From assembly GCF_900538365.1 (NCBI RefSeq), contig NZ_UPXT01000003.1: 64,000 nt of DNA. One strand, given 5' to 3'. Under the pieces are notes generated by a model that was not told the origin of the DNA, did no database searches, and saw only the letters and a list, made by a program, of their open reading frames with translations. The stretch is from an uncultured Acidaminococcus sp. Lineage in GTDB: Bacteria > Bacillota > Negativicutes > Acidaminococcales > Acidaminococcaceae. This document shows positions 48,944 through 57,730 of this stretch, piece after piece (position 1 is the first letter of the stretch; every line of letters begins with the position of its first letter). The position numbers were made by a program, and so were the translations under genes.

Positions 48944-49612
48944 ATGACCATTTCAGGAATCTTATTTGATTTTGATGGAACCCTTGCCAATACAACGCCC
49001 CTTATCCTTCATTGTTTCCATCAAACCTTTTCTCATTTTTATGGAAAGGTCCCGCCTGATGATGAAATCTTGACGACTTTTGGTCTTCCAATGCCACAGG
49101 CCATGCTGCAGCTAAGCGGTGGCGATAAATCCCTTCTTGACGAGCTGCTTACTTATTATCGGACGTATCAGCTTTCCGTTCATGATGAAATGATCCGTCC
49201 TTTTCCTTCTGTTTTGTCTGGCTGTCAGCGCCTGAAGGAAAAGGGAATCCGCTCCATCATTGTGACAAGCAAGACCAATGAGACTTGTGAGCGGGGACTG
49301 CGCTGTCTGGGTCTTTCTCCCTATATAGAAGGCGTGATTGGCGTACGGGATACATCACGTCATAAGCCAGATCCAGAACCCAGTCTTCTTGCTTTGAAAA
49401 AGCTGGGCCTTTCCGGAGAGGAATGCCTTTGTGTCGGGGACAGTCCTTATGACTTATTGAGCGGGATGCGGGCTGGATGCTGCGCTTCAGTCAAAGTCGG
49501 GTGGTCCTGCTTTGATTCCCTACGTTTCCAGCAAGAAATTGAACCGAATTATACGATTGCATCTTTACCAGAACTTCTCCCTATCATTGAAAGTTTAAAT
49601 CACAAGAGGTGA
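48944..49612 (+). CDS. HAD-IA family hydrolase (PpaX/phosphoglycolate phosphatase-like)
   Basis: ILFDFDGTLANT DxDG motif I, VTSK motif II, GDSPYD motif IV. Confidence 0.8.
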   Translation: MTISGILFDFDGTLANTTPLILHCFHQTFSHFYGKVPPDDEILTTFGLPMPQAMLQLSGGDKSLLDELLTYYRTYQLSVHDEMIRPFPSVLSGCQRLKEKGIRSIIVTSKTNETCERGLRCLGLSPYIEGVIGVRDTSRHKPDPEPSLLALKKLGLSGEECLCVGDSPYDLLSGMRAGCCASVKVGWSCFDSLRFQQEIEPNYTIASLPELLPIIESLNHKR

Positions 49613-49617
49613 ACGAC

Positions 49618-50424
49618 ATGCGTAAAATTGGAATCATTGGGGGTACAGGTGTCGAAGATACTTCCTTATTTGGAACGCTTTCCCCCATTACGGTGGAAAC
49701 CCCATTTGGGACGGCGGAAGGATTCGAAGGCAAGATCGAGGAGACAGCTGTTTATTTCATTGCTCGTCATGGTAAGGGTCACAGCCTGCCGCCGCATCGC
49801 ATTCCATATCGTGCCAATATCTATGCGTTAAAGAAGCTGGGTGTAACGGAGATCCTATCTTTTACCGCTGTGGGATCCCTGAATCGCGGCTTGATTCCGG
49901 GGACTTTCGTCAATACGAGTCAAATCCTTGATTTTACAAAATCACGCGAGCATACCTTTTTTGACGGTGGTACCATGCCGGTCTGCCATGTTGACTTCAG
50001 CTTTCCCTATTGTCCAGTCCTGCGGGAGCGACTCAACGGTATCCTAACAAGACTTGGCGTACGGCACAGCAAAGCTGGCTGCTATGTAGCTACAGAAGGA
50101 CCACGCTATGAAACTGCTGCCGAGGTTCGGATGTATGGGCTTATGGGCGGCGATGTAGCGGGTATGACCCAAATGCCGGAAGCTATCCTTGCAAGGGAAG
50201 CTGAGATTTGCTATGCCAACTGCAGCCTTGTGACAAATATGGGGTCCGGGCTTTCTTGGACGGCCCTATCCCATGAGGAAGTTGTTGCCATGATGGATGA
50301 AAATGCCAAGACCATTGCCCATATCATCCTTGCTTTCCTGACTGATGAAGAAAAGCCCTTGGCGTCCTGTCACTGCCGGGAAGCGGCTCATGCCGTGGGC
50401 AATTTTCCTATTGATAAAATCTAA
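49618..50424 (+). CDS. mtnP: S-methyl-5'-thioadenosine phosphorylase
   Basis: PNP/MTAP family (IGIIGGTG...FIARHG...TEGPRYET). Confidence 0.8.
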   Translation: MRKIGIIGGTGVEDTSLFGTLSPITVETPFGTAEGFEGKIEETAVYFIARHGKGHSLPPHRIPYRANIYALKKLGVTEILSFTAVGSLNRGLIPGTFVNTSQILDFTKSREHTFFDGGTMPVCHVDFSFPYCPVLRERLNGILTRLGVRHSKAGCYVATEGPRYETAAEVRMYGLMGGDVAGMTQMPEAILAREAEICYANCSLVTNMGSGLSWTALSHEEVVAMMDENAKTIAHIILAFLTDEEKPLASCHCREAAHAVGNFPIDKI

Positions 50425-50447
50425 AGAAAAGAGGATATAAGGAACTG

Positions 50448-51725
50448 ATGCATTACGATACCGTGATTCAAGGCGCTGAGATCTTGGATCGAAATGACGG
50501 AAAGTCCTATCAAGTTGGTTTAAAGGATGGACGTATTGCCTATATTGGTCAGGAACCGATTACAGGCAGCCTCGTCATCGATGGCCGGGATCATCTTCTT
50601 GCGCCGGGGCTAGTAAACGCCCATACACATGTCGCCATGACCCTTTTTCGCAGTTATGCCGATGATATGGTCCTTATGGACTGGCTGCAGAACAAAATCT
50701 GGCCAATGGAGAATCATCTCACGGGAAATGAGGTGTATTGGGGCAGTCTCCTTGGTATAGCGGAAATGATTCGAACAGGCACGACTGCATTTGCTGATAT
50801 GTACTTTTTTATGGATGACACGGCCCGAGCCGTGGCTTCATCTGGGATTCGTGCCGCATTATCAAGGGGCCTTACCGGATCTTCCGCAGACGATGGAAAA
50901 GCTCGTCTCGATGAAAATTCAGCCCTATTTGATACGTGGAACGGTACCGAAAATGACCGAATCCATGTGATGTACGGCCCCCATGCGCCATATACATGTT
51001 CCCCGGACTATATTCGCAGCATTGTAAAAGAGGCGGCCCGGAAAGGGGCCGAGATCCACATGCATCTTGCGGAAACGAAAGGGGAGGTGGCAGACTGCCT
51101 CAAGGCCCATGGCAAATCGCCCATTGCCTTGATGGAAGAATTGGGCTTATTTGAGATGGGAACCCTGGCCGCACATTGCGTCCATGTGGATGAAAAGGAT
51201 CTGGAAATCCTAAGGAAACACCATGTACGCGTTGCCTCCAATCCGCAGAGCAACCTCAAACTGGCAAGCGGAATTGCGCCCATAGGCCAAATGATCCAAA
51301 AGGGCATTGTCCTAGGTCTTGGAACGGATGGGGCATCAAGCAACAACAACCTTGACATGCTTGAAGAAGTACGTCTAGCTTCCATGCTGGCCAAAATCAA
51401 AGATGATAATCCTAGGAGCGTGCCCGCTGAAACCGCGGTCAAGTGCGGAACCGTCGAAGGCGCCAAGGCCATAGGCTTTGATGATGTGGGTGCTGTCACG
51501 ACAGGATACAAAGCAGATCTTGTCCTTTATGATCTGAAAGAACCGGAATGGTTCCCCCGCAATGACCGTTATTCCCTTTTGTGCAATGCCGCCAGTTCCC
51601 ACAGTGTCAGCCATGTATTTGTCGATGGGAAACTGCTTTATGAAAATGGCGAGTATCTGACCCTTGATTACGAAAAAGTTTGTGCCGAAGCTCAGCGCAG
51701 TGCTGAGCGGCTTTCGAAGTCCTAA
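50448..51725 (+). CDS. mtaD: 5-methylthioadenosine/S-adenosylhomocysteine deaminase
   Basis: Amidohydrolase with LAPGLVNAHTHVAMTLFR, an MtaD/SAH-deaminase-type N-terminus. Confidence 0.8.
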   Translation: MHYDTVIQGAEILDRNDGKSYQVGLKDGRIAYIGQEPITGSLVIDGRDHLLAPGLVNAHTHVAMTLFRSYADDMVLMDWLQNKIWPMENHLTGNEVYWGSLLGIAEMIRTGTTAFADMYFFMDDTARAVASSGIRAALSRGLTGSSADDGKARLDENSALFDTWNGTENDRIHVMYGPHAPYTCSPDYIRSIVKEAARKGAEIHMHLAETKGEVADCLKAHGKSPIALMEELGLFEMGTLAAHCVHVDEKDLEILRKHHVRVASNPQSNLKLASGIAPIGQMIQKGIVLGLGTDGASSNNNLDMLEEVRLASMLAKIKDDNPRSVPAETAVKCGTVEGAKAIGFDDVGAVTTGYKADLVLYDLKEPEWFPRNDRYSLLCNAASSHSVSHVFVDGKLLYENGEYLTLDYEKVCAEAQRSAERLSKS

Positions 51726-51741
51726 AGGGGAGGGGAGAAAA

Positions 51742-52872
51742 GTGAAAAAACGGATTGCTGCAATCTTTACGGCAGCCCTTACCATCCTCGGACTACATAT
51801 CCAGCATCCTGCAATGGCAGCCGCTCCGCAGCGCTATACGCCCAAAAGCGGCGGCTTTACCATGACCATTCCTCCAGGCAGCACGGAGTTGTACCATACA
51901 ACAACAGGTGTTCGTTTTAAGGTAGGGGAAGACTTTCTTGTCAGTGCAGATCTTTATACGCTGCCCAGTTTTATTTCTGTTCCCATGAAGCAATACTCAG
52001 GAGAACAAAAACGGGAACTTACGAAATTCCTCAAAAAGATCCAAGATGATCAGGATAATACGATTGTAGATATGGACGATAAGGCCGCTGAAGAGACAAC
52101 CGATAAAGCAGCTCTTCTGCGTGAAAAACTCCATGGGAAAAAGGAAAATCCTTCCGTCCTCTCAAAAAAAGGAATTCGTGAAGGCTGTTATGATTTTCGC
52201 AGTCTTCCCAAAGATCCAGAAAAGACAAGAAGGCCCTTTATCATAGGACGGGCATACCAAACGCAGAAAAATGATTTGTGCGTGGTAACGGTCCGTACAA
52301 CACAGGCCAATGAAGAAGCTGGCAAGGAAGCCTTAAAAGCGATAACCAAGGATCTAGATCTGAAGAAGGTCCGTTACACGGATGAAAATATCCTAACCGT
52401 TACGAACCTTGGATTCCGGATGGAGATTCCCAGTGGGTGGCGTATCTACACGCTGCGAGCCGATAATGTCCTTTTTGGACGCAGTTTGAGCAGTGTCCAC
52501 ACGGATTCCATGATGATCCGGAAACTCAGTGATGACAGTTTCAAGGAATTAGGGTCTGCAACCAAGGCGACCATTGATGGAGCCGAGAAGAACTTCATCG
52601 AAAAGATTACAAGCTATACACCCAATATTACCATTCTTCATCATGAACCCATCATCGTCGGTGACCTTCGCGGCAGTCTTTCCCAGTCGACCGATAATGA
52701 AGACTTAAAGAAAGTCTTCCTGCTCAATGCATATCTTTTAAATCCACAAGGTGAAGGTTATATTATCCATTTTCAAACGGATGATACCATCAACTATGAC
52801 CTGAAGCTCAGCGCATTTAAACGAGCCGTGCAGTCATTTGCGCTTCTTGCTCAAGAAAAGAAGTCTGCTTAA
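51742..52872 (+). CDS. Secreted hypothetical protein (signal peptide, no recognisable domain)
   Basis: GTG start after GGAGGGGAG. N-terminus KKRIAAIFTAALTILGLHIQHPAMAAAP looks like a Sec signal peptide. The remaining ~350 aa are a hydrophilic Lys/Asp-rich body. Confidence 0.55.
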   Translation: MKKRIAAIFTAALTILGLHIQHPAMAAAPQRYTPKSGGFTMTIPPGSTELYHTTTGVRFKVGEDFLVSADLYTLPSFISVPMKQYSGEQKRELTKFLKKIQDDQDNTIVDMDDKAAEETTDKAALLREKLHGKKENPSVLSKKGIREGCYDFRSLPKDPEKTRRPFIIGRAYQTQKNDLCVVTVRTTQANEEAGKEALKAITKDLDLKKVRYTDENILTVTNLGFRMEIPSGWRIYTLRADNVLFGRSLSSVHTDSMMIRKLSDDSFKELGSATKATIDGAEKNFIEKITSYTPNITILHHEPIIVGDLRGSLSQSTDNEDLKKVFLLNAYLLNPQGEGYIIHFQTDDTINYDLKLSAFKRAVQSFALLAQEKKSA

Positions 52873-52882
52873 GGACGGTTGC

Positions 52883-52925
52883 AATCCCGGAACGCCTTAG
52901 CTAATGAGGCCTTCCGGGATTATTT
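52883..52925 (+). terminator. Rho-independent terminator after the secreted-protein gene
   Basis: aatcccggaa-(loop)-ttccgggatt followed by a T-rich run. Confidence 0.65.
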
Positions 52926-53249
52926 TACTGCTGGTCTTCTTTGTCAATTTTACATAATATATATTATAGGACGTAAAATTTTGACTGTAAGATGGCTTTG
53001 AGTTATCTTCCATTGACTACGCCTTTGACTCTCACTTGAGTGCACTCATCCATTCATTTTTGCTCACATTCCCGTCTGCGTATTTTCCTTATGTTAGCTG
53101 CACCTTGGTTTTGGTATCCCATCTTACAGATCGATAGTTTATTACTTTTTCCCAATCTGCCATCATTTTCGTTTTTGCGTTCCGTTGTTCGTTTTTCTTT
53201 TATTTTCTTTATCTTATTCGTATTTTCTCTTCTTTTACTAAACGTACGT

Positions 53250-53278
53250 TTGACTATTGTCTGAACTCTTGATATACT
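53250..53278 (+). promoter_or_regulatory. Sigma-A promoter of lexA (TTGACT-17-TATACT), overlapped by the 12-bp palindrome AAACGTACGTTT
   Basis: −35 at 53250-53255, −10 at 53273-53278. The palindrome at 53240-53251 overlaps the −35. Confidence 0.6.
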
Positions 53279-53327
53279 ACTACATATAGTGTGTTCCTTT
53301 AAAATACCTTGTATGGGAGGCTTTCTT

Positions 53328-53972
53328 ATGGGCAGACCTAAAGCAAATTCGATACATGCTAACGGCCTTACGGACCGTCAGGAAATGATTCTTGAATTTA
53401 TTCGTAATTATATTACTGAAAATAATTATCCCCCATCCGTTCGGGAAATTGGCAAGGGGGTTGGCCTAGCTTCCAGTGCCAGTGTCCACAACAATATGAA
53501 AAAACTTGCAAGTTTAGGCTTTTTGAACTGGGATACAGATAAACCCCGTACATATGGTCTTGTTTCTGATGAAGCGTGGCGCAAGAAGGAAGTTGTTGGC
53601 GTGCCCCTTGTTGGAGCCGTTCATGCTGGCGATCCCATCCTTGCGGATGAACATATTGAGGATATGTATCCCATTCCAACAGAGCTTCTTGGGACCAAGG
53701 ACGATGTCTTCATGATGGTGGTTGAAGGCGACAGTATGAAGGATGCTGGAATCCTGGACAGGGACTATGTCTTCGTGCGCCGTCAGGATTATGCCCAAAA
53801 TGGTGATATCGTGGTTGCGCTCTTAAACGGAGAAGAAACGACGATTAAACGGTATTTCCGTGAACTCAAACAGATTCGTTTGGTTCCGGAAAATAGCGCT
53901 TATTCACCCATCGTTGGAACGGACAACATTAAGATTACTGGTGTTGTTGTAGGTGTTTTCCGTGTTCTTTGA
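53328..53972 (+). CDS. lexA: LexA repressor
   Basis: N-terminal LexA wHTH (RQEMILEFIRNYITENNYPPSVREIGKGVGLASSASVHNNMKKL), an AG cleavage site (VHAGDP), and S24 peptidase with catalytic Ser and Lys (GDSM ... TIKRY). Confidence 0.9.
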   Translation: MGRPKANSIHANGLTDRQEMILEFIRNYITENNYPPSVREIGKGVGLASSASVHNNMKKLASLGFLNWDTDKPRTYGLVSDEAWRKKEVVGVPLVGAVHAGDPILADEHIEDMYPIPTELLGTKDDVFMMVVEGDSMKDAGILDRDYVFVRRQDYAQNGDIVVALLNGEETTIKRYFRELKQIRLVPENSAYSPIVGTDNIKITGVVVGVFRVL

Positions 53973-54033
53973 TGATTTTCTCTCATTTGATGACAGATAA
54001 AAGGATAGCTTCCCTGTTAAAAATGGTTGTATG

Positions 54034-54080
54034 CCCTTAAAATGCTCAAATTTGCGTTTTAAGGGCTTTTATCATTTTTA
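54034..54080 (+). terminator. Rho-independent terminator after lexA
   Basis: gcccttaaaa-(loop)-ttttaagggc followed by TTTTATCATTTTT. Confidence 0.75.
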
Positions 54081-54582
54081 CGATTAAGCATATGCGTGTC
54101 ATTGTAAAATCGTCTCTAATGTAAGATATGGAGACAATTATATTTTTCAACTGAAGAGTTAATTCGTGTTTCACTTTTTGCTTTTATTTCGAGTAAATGG
54201 ACGCTGTTTTTTCTTTCAATCAACTCTTTTTTATTTTTCTTTTCCAAAAAAACTGCTGGCCATTTCTTTATAACATGTTCCCATTCACGAAGATGATGTC
54301 TTCATGGTTTCCTAAATGGAGAAATCGTTGTTCTAAAATGTTCAAAGTTTCATTTTATGTTTTTTTATCCTTTTTATAATAAACGGATACTGACAATTCT
54401 CTAAAACGCCTTAAGCGAGAAATATGGGAGCATAACGATTCAGCAAATGGTTGATCATCAGGCCGTCTGGATTGCTTTTTGCTGTGCCGGAAGGATTCCC
54501 TTTGATTCCATAACTGAAGCCCGCCTGAGAGGACATGGCGTTGAGTCTATCTGCAGCAGATTCATCGTAGGTAAACAATCAA

Positions 54583-54630
54583 AATAGGAGAGGGGAGGGA
54601 TTTTATTATCCCTCCCCTCTCCTATTTTTC
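54583..54630. terminator. Bidirectional rho-independent terminator (perfect 18-bp stem)
   Basis: aataggagaggggaggga-(loop)-tccctcccctctcctatt, with an A-tract on one side and a T-tract on the other. It terminates ynbB on the minus strand and any + strand transcript from the upstream non-coding region. Confidence 0.85.
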
Positions 54631-54668
54631 ATTTTTCACAATTTTTCAGATAGATTGCCGCCGTGCGG

Positions 54669-55904
54669 TCATTTATCCATGATCTTTTTTGCCGCTTCCA
54701 TAATGGCAATGCGGCCATGCTCAAAGGTCAGGCCTCCTTGAAGATATACCGTGAAGGGTTCGCGCACAGGGGCATCCGCACTCAGTTCGATGGAAGCGCC
54801 TTGGACAAAGGTGCCAGCAGCCATGATAACTTCATCCTGATAGCCGGGCAAATGACTGGGTACAGGCGTTACATGGGCATCAATGGGAGAACTGGCCTGA
54901 ATGGCTTCACAAAACCGGCAGAGATTTTCCTTGGTTTTAAGGGTAATCGTTTGGATGATGTCGCTGCGGCGTTCTTCCGGCAGCGGGGACACTTCGAATC
55001 CGAGATTCTGAAATACGGAAGCTGCAAAGATAGAAGTCTTGATGGCTTGAAGGACCACATGGGGAGCAAAAAATAGACCTTCATAAAATTCACGGGCAGT
55101 ATCCCCGAGTGTTGCCCCCATTTCTCCTCCTAGTCCCGGCGCCGTGAGACGATAGGAAGCTAGTTCGACAAGATCCTTGCGTCCCACGATATAACCGCCG
55201 GTCGGAGCCATGCCGCCGCCCAGGTTCTTGATGAGGGAACCAGCCATTAGGTCAGCACCGACTTGGGTAGGTTCCTTATCCTCGATAAATTCGCCGTAGC
55301 AGTTATCAACAAAGCAGATGATATCCGGCTTAACCTGTTTGACTGCACTGAATATTTCCCCGATTTCATTGACTGTCAGTGTCTTGCGGACGCTGCTGTA
55401 CCCGCAGGAACGCTGCACATGGACCATTCGGGTCTTGTCTGTGATTGCGGCCACAATGGCGTCAATATTGGGATGGTCGGCAATCATAGGGATTTCGTGG
55501 TAAACAACGCCTTGATCGACCAAAGAGCCCGGTGTCTTGATGGGGGAACCAATAATGGTCTGCATCGTGTCATAGGGTTCTCCCGTGGCAGCAATCAGCT
55601 CATCTCCAGGTTTTAGGACACCCAGTAAAGCAACGGCAAGGGCATGGGTCCCAGAGACAAATTGGCTTCTTACAAGGGCTGCTTCCGTACCGAAGAGTTC
55701 CGCATAGATTCCATCCAGTTCATCCCTACCCGTATCGGAATAGGCGTAGCCTGTACTTGGTTTCAGGTAATAATCGGCTACCTGATGATTGCGAAACGCT
55801 TTGAGGACCTTGCGCGTGTTGAGAAGAGCAGCCTTTTCGTGGACAAAGCTCGTCTTCTGAACCTCAAGCAAGGCTTTCTCTTCGATTTCATCCCAATTGA
55901 TCAT
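54669..55904 (-). CDS. ynbB: Aluminium-resistance / YnbB-family PLP-dependent protein (Cys/Met metabolism enzyme-like)
   Basis: 411-aa YnbB-like sequence, downstream of hflX as in B. subtilis (hflX/ynbA-ynbB). Confidence 0.8.
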   Translation of the reverse strand: MINWDEIEEKALLEVQKTSFVHEKAALLNTRKVLKAFRNHQVADYYLKPSTGYAYSDTGRDELDGIYAELFGTEAALVRSQFVSGTHALAVALLGVLKPGDELIAATGEPYDTMQTIIGSPIKTPGSLVDQGVVYHEIPMIADHPNIDAIVAAITDKTRMVHVQRSCGYSSVRKTLTVNEIGEIFSAVKQVKPDIICFVDNCYGEFIEDKEPTQVGADLMAGSLIKNLGGGMAPTGGYIVGRKDLVELASYRLTAPGLGGEMGATLGDTAREFYEGLFFAPHVVLQAIKTSIFAASVFQNLGFEVSPLPEERRSDIIQTITLKTKENLCRFCEAIQASSPIDAHVTPVPSHLPGYQDEVIMAAGTFVQGASIELSADAPVREPFTVYLQGGLTFEHGRIAIMEAAKKIMDK

Positions 55905-55907
55905 GTT

Positions 55908-57725
55908 TTATGATTCCTCCTGTAGATAAAGGGCATAGTGCTTCAAATCATGTTTATCCAAACGGACTTTCATAAGGGTCCCCTTTTCCTCGTAACTTTC
56001 GGATAGGACCGTCGCCTTTTCGTGAAGCTGAGCGGAAAGCTTTGTTTCTGTATACGGAATCAGCAGGGTCACTTCCGTCTTTCCTTCATTGAGAAGACTT
56101 GCAATCTTTTCAATAAGGGTCGGGATCCCTTCCCCAGAGCGGACAGAAATTGCAAGGGAAGCTTCCTGATCGAGTCGCTTTTTGAGCCCCTCATGGTCAG
56201 GCAGCTTATCAATCTTGTTATAGACGGTCAGGATTGGTGTATCTGTCACACCAAGTTCCTTTAAGACGCCGAGGACCGCTTCTTCTTGTTTCTCGTGAAG
56301 TTCATGGCTCACATCGATCACATGGAGCAGGAGATCTGCGCCCTTTACGACTTCCAAAGTAGAACGAAAGGCAGCCACCAATTGATGCGGCAGGCGCTGG
56401 ATGAAGCCGACCGTATCAGTCACAGTACAGGTTTCTTTATTGGGCAGGCTGAGTTGCCGCGTTGTTGGATCAAGCGTTGCAAAAAGCTGGTCTTCTGCAT
56501 AGATTTCAGAATGGGTAAGGGCATTTAGCAGAGAAGATTTACCTGCGTTCGTATAGCCCACAAGACAGACCTGTTTGATTCTATTTTTTTCCCGAGCTCT
56601 CTGCTGCGTCCGGCGCGCGCCTTTCATCTTTTCAATCTGGGATTCCAAGAATCCGATGCGGTCACGGATCCGCCGCCGATCCACTTCAAGTTTGGTTTCC
56701 CCAGGGCCCCTTGTTCCGATGCCGCCGCCCAAGCGGGACAAACTGGCGCCCTGCCCCATGATGCGAGGCAGAAGGTACTGCAGTTGAGCCAGTTCGACTT
56801 GGAGTTTGCCTTCACTGGTTCGCGCCCGCTTGGCAAAGATGTCAAGGATAAGGCCCGTCCGGTCAATGATCCGGACGCCTAACGCTTGTTCCAAATTGCG
56901 TTGCTGGGCCGGGGAAAGGTCATCGTCGACAAGGCAAAGGTCAATATCTTCCTGTTGAGCAAAAAGGGCCATTTCCTCAACTTTTCCCTTGCCGATAAAA
57001 TAAACTGGATCGGGCTTGGAACGGGACTGGACAAATTTAGCCGCGACAACAGCACCTGCTGTTTCGGCTAGCTGCGCCAGTTCTTCAACGGAATCTTCAA
57101 CACAATAGCGAGATCGGTCATCTCCCCAATGAAGCGAAACCAGCATAGCTCGTTCTGCTTCTTTTCCCGTTTTCTCGCTGCGCGTCTTTTTACCTAAAAT
57201 TCGTTCAATCGTCTGCAACAGAGTTCCATAAGGGATACGGGCCGCTTCTTTGGCAGAATAAGGACCAAATTCCTCGGTAAGCGGCACCCCAGCATCAGTA
57301 AGGTCTGTAATCAGGCCTAAGGAAAGAAAGGGCATAGCCTCCGCGTCTTTCCAAGCAAGGGCTGCCATGCCGTCAAGGCGCAAATTTTTAAGTGCGGAGA
57401 TATCCACCCCACTTAGGCGCGGTGTGCCGGACGGATGGGTATGGATCGCGGTGATTCCTGACAGACGCCACAGAGAACGCCGGCTTCCTATATCCTGAAG
57501 GGAAACAGCATGATCGTTGCCAACACAAACGCTGGAAATTGTCCCTTTGCGGTCCACATACACAGAGACTTCGCGTCCAATAGCTCCCGAAATATCACGT
57601 AGAAGGAGGGCCAGTTCCTCCGAAATGAGCTGGCCCTGATCAAGATGAAGGTCGTAGAGCGATTGAAGCTGCTCCAAGACCCGATTTTTAATTCCCTCCG
57701 TCTTTCCGTAGACGATGTTATCCAT
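55908..57725 (-). CDS. hflX: GTPase HflX with a ~190-aa N-terminal extension
   Basis: The canonical HflX N-domain begins about residue 190 (ERAMLVSL...), followed by the G domain (GYTNAGKSSLLNALT) and C-terminal domain. 605 aa in total. Confidence 0.85.
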   Translation of the reverse strand: MDNIVYGKTEGIKNRVLEQLQSLYDLHLDQGQLISEELALLLRDISGAIGREVSVYVDRKGTISSVCVGNDHAVSLQDIGSRRSLWRLSGITAIHTHPSGTPRLSGVDISALKNLRLDGMAALAWKDAEAMPFLSLGLITDLTDAGVPLTEEFGPYSAKEAARIPYGTLLQTIERILGKKTRSEKTGKEAERAMLVSLHWGDDRSRYCVEDSVEELAQLAETAGAVVAAKFVQSRSKPDPVYFIGKGKVEEMALFAQQEDIDLCLVDDDLSPAQQRNLEQALGVRIIDRTGLILDIFAKRARTSEGKLQVELAQLQYLLPRIMGQGASLSRLGGGIGTRGPGETKLEVDRRRIRDRIGFLESQIEKMKGARRTQQRAREKNRIKQVCLVGYTNAGKSSLLNALTHSEIYAEDQLFATLDPTTRQLSLPNKETCTVTDTVGFIQRLPHQLVAAFRSTLEVVKGADLLLHVIDVSHELHEKQEEAVLGVLKELGVTDTPILTVYNKIDKLPDHEGLKKRLDQEASLAISVRSGEGIPTLIEKIASLLNEGKTEVTLLIPYTETKLSAQLHEKATVLSESYEEKGTLMKVRLDKHDLKHYALYLQEES

Positions 57726-57730
57726 GGTGC

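Noticed and set aside
53230-53290. Canonical Gram-positive LexA (Cheo) box GAAC-N4-GTTC upstream of lexA
   Set aside because: It was not found. The nearest candidates (cGTTCcgttGTTCg, ctGAACtctt) are direct repeats or half-sites only. The AAACGTACGTTT palindrome is reported as the alternative candidate.
54446-54586. 46-codon ORF (MVDHQAVWIAFCCAGRIPFDS...) in the lexA-ynbB spacer as a small protein gene
   Set aside because: It has no SD and no recognisable motif, and it is too short to support on its own. It is kept only as part of the sRNA or relic hypothesis.
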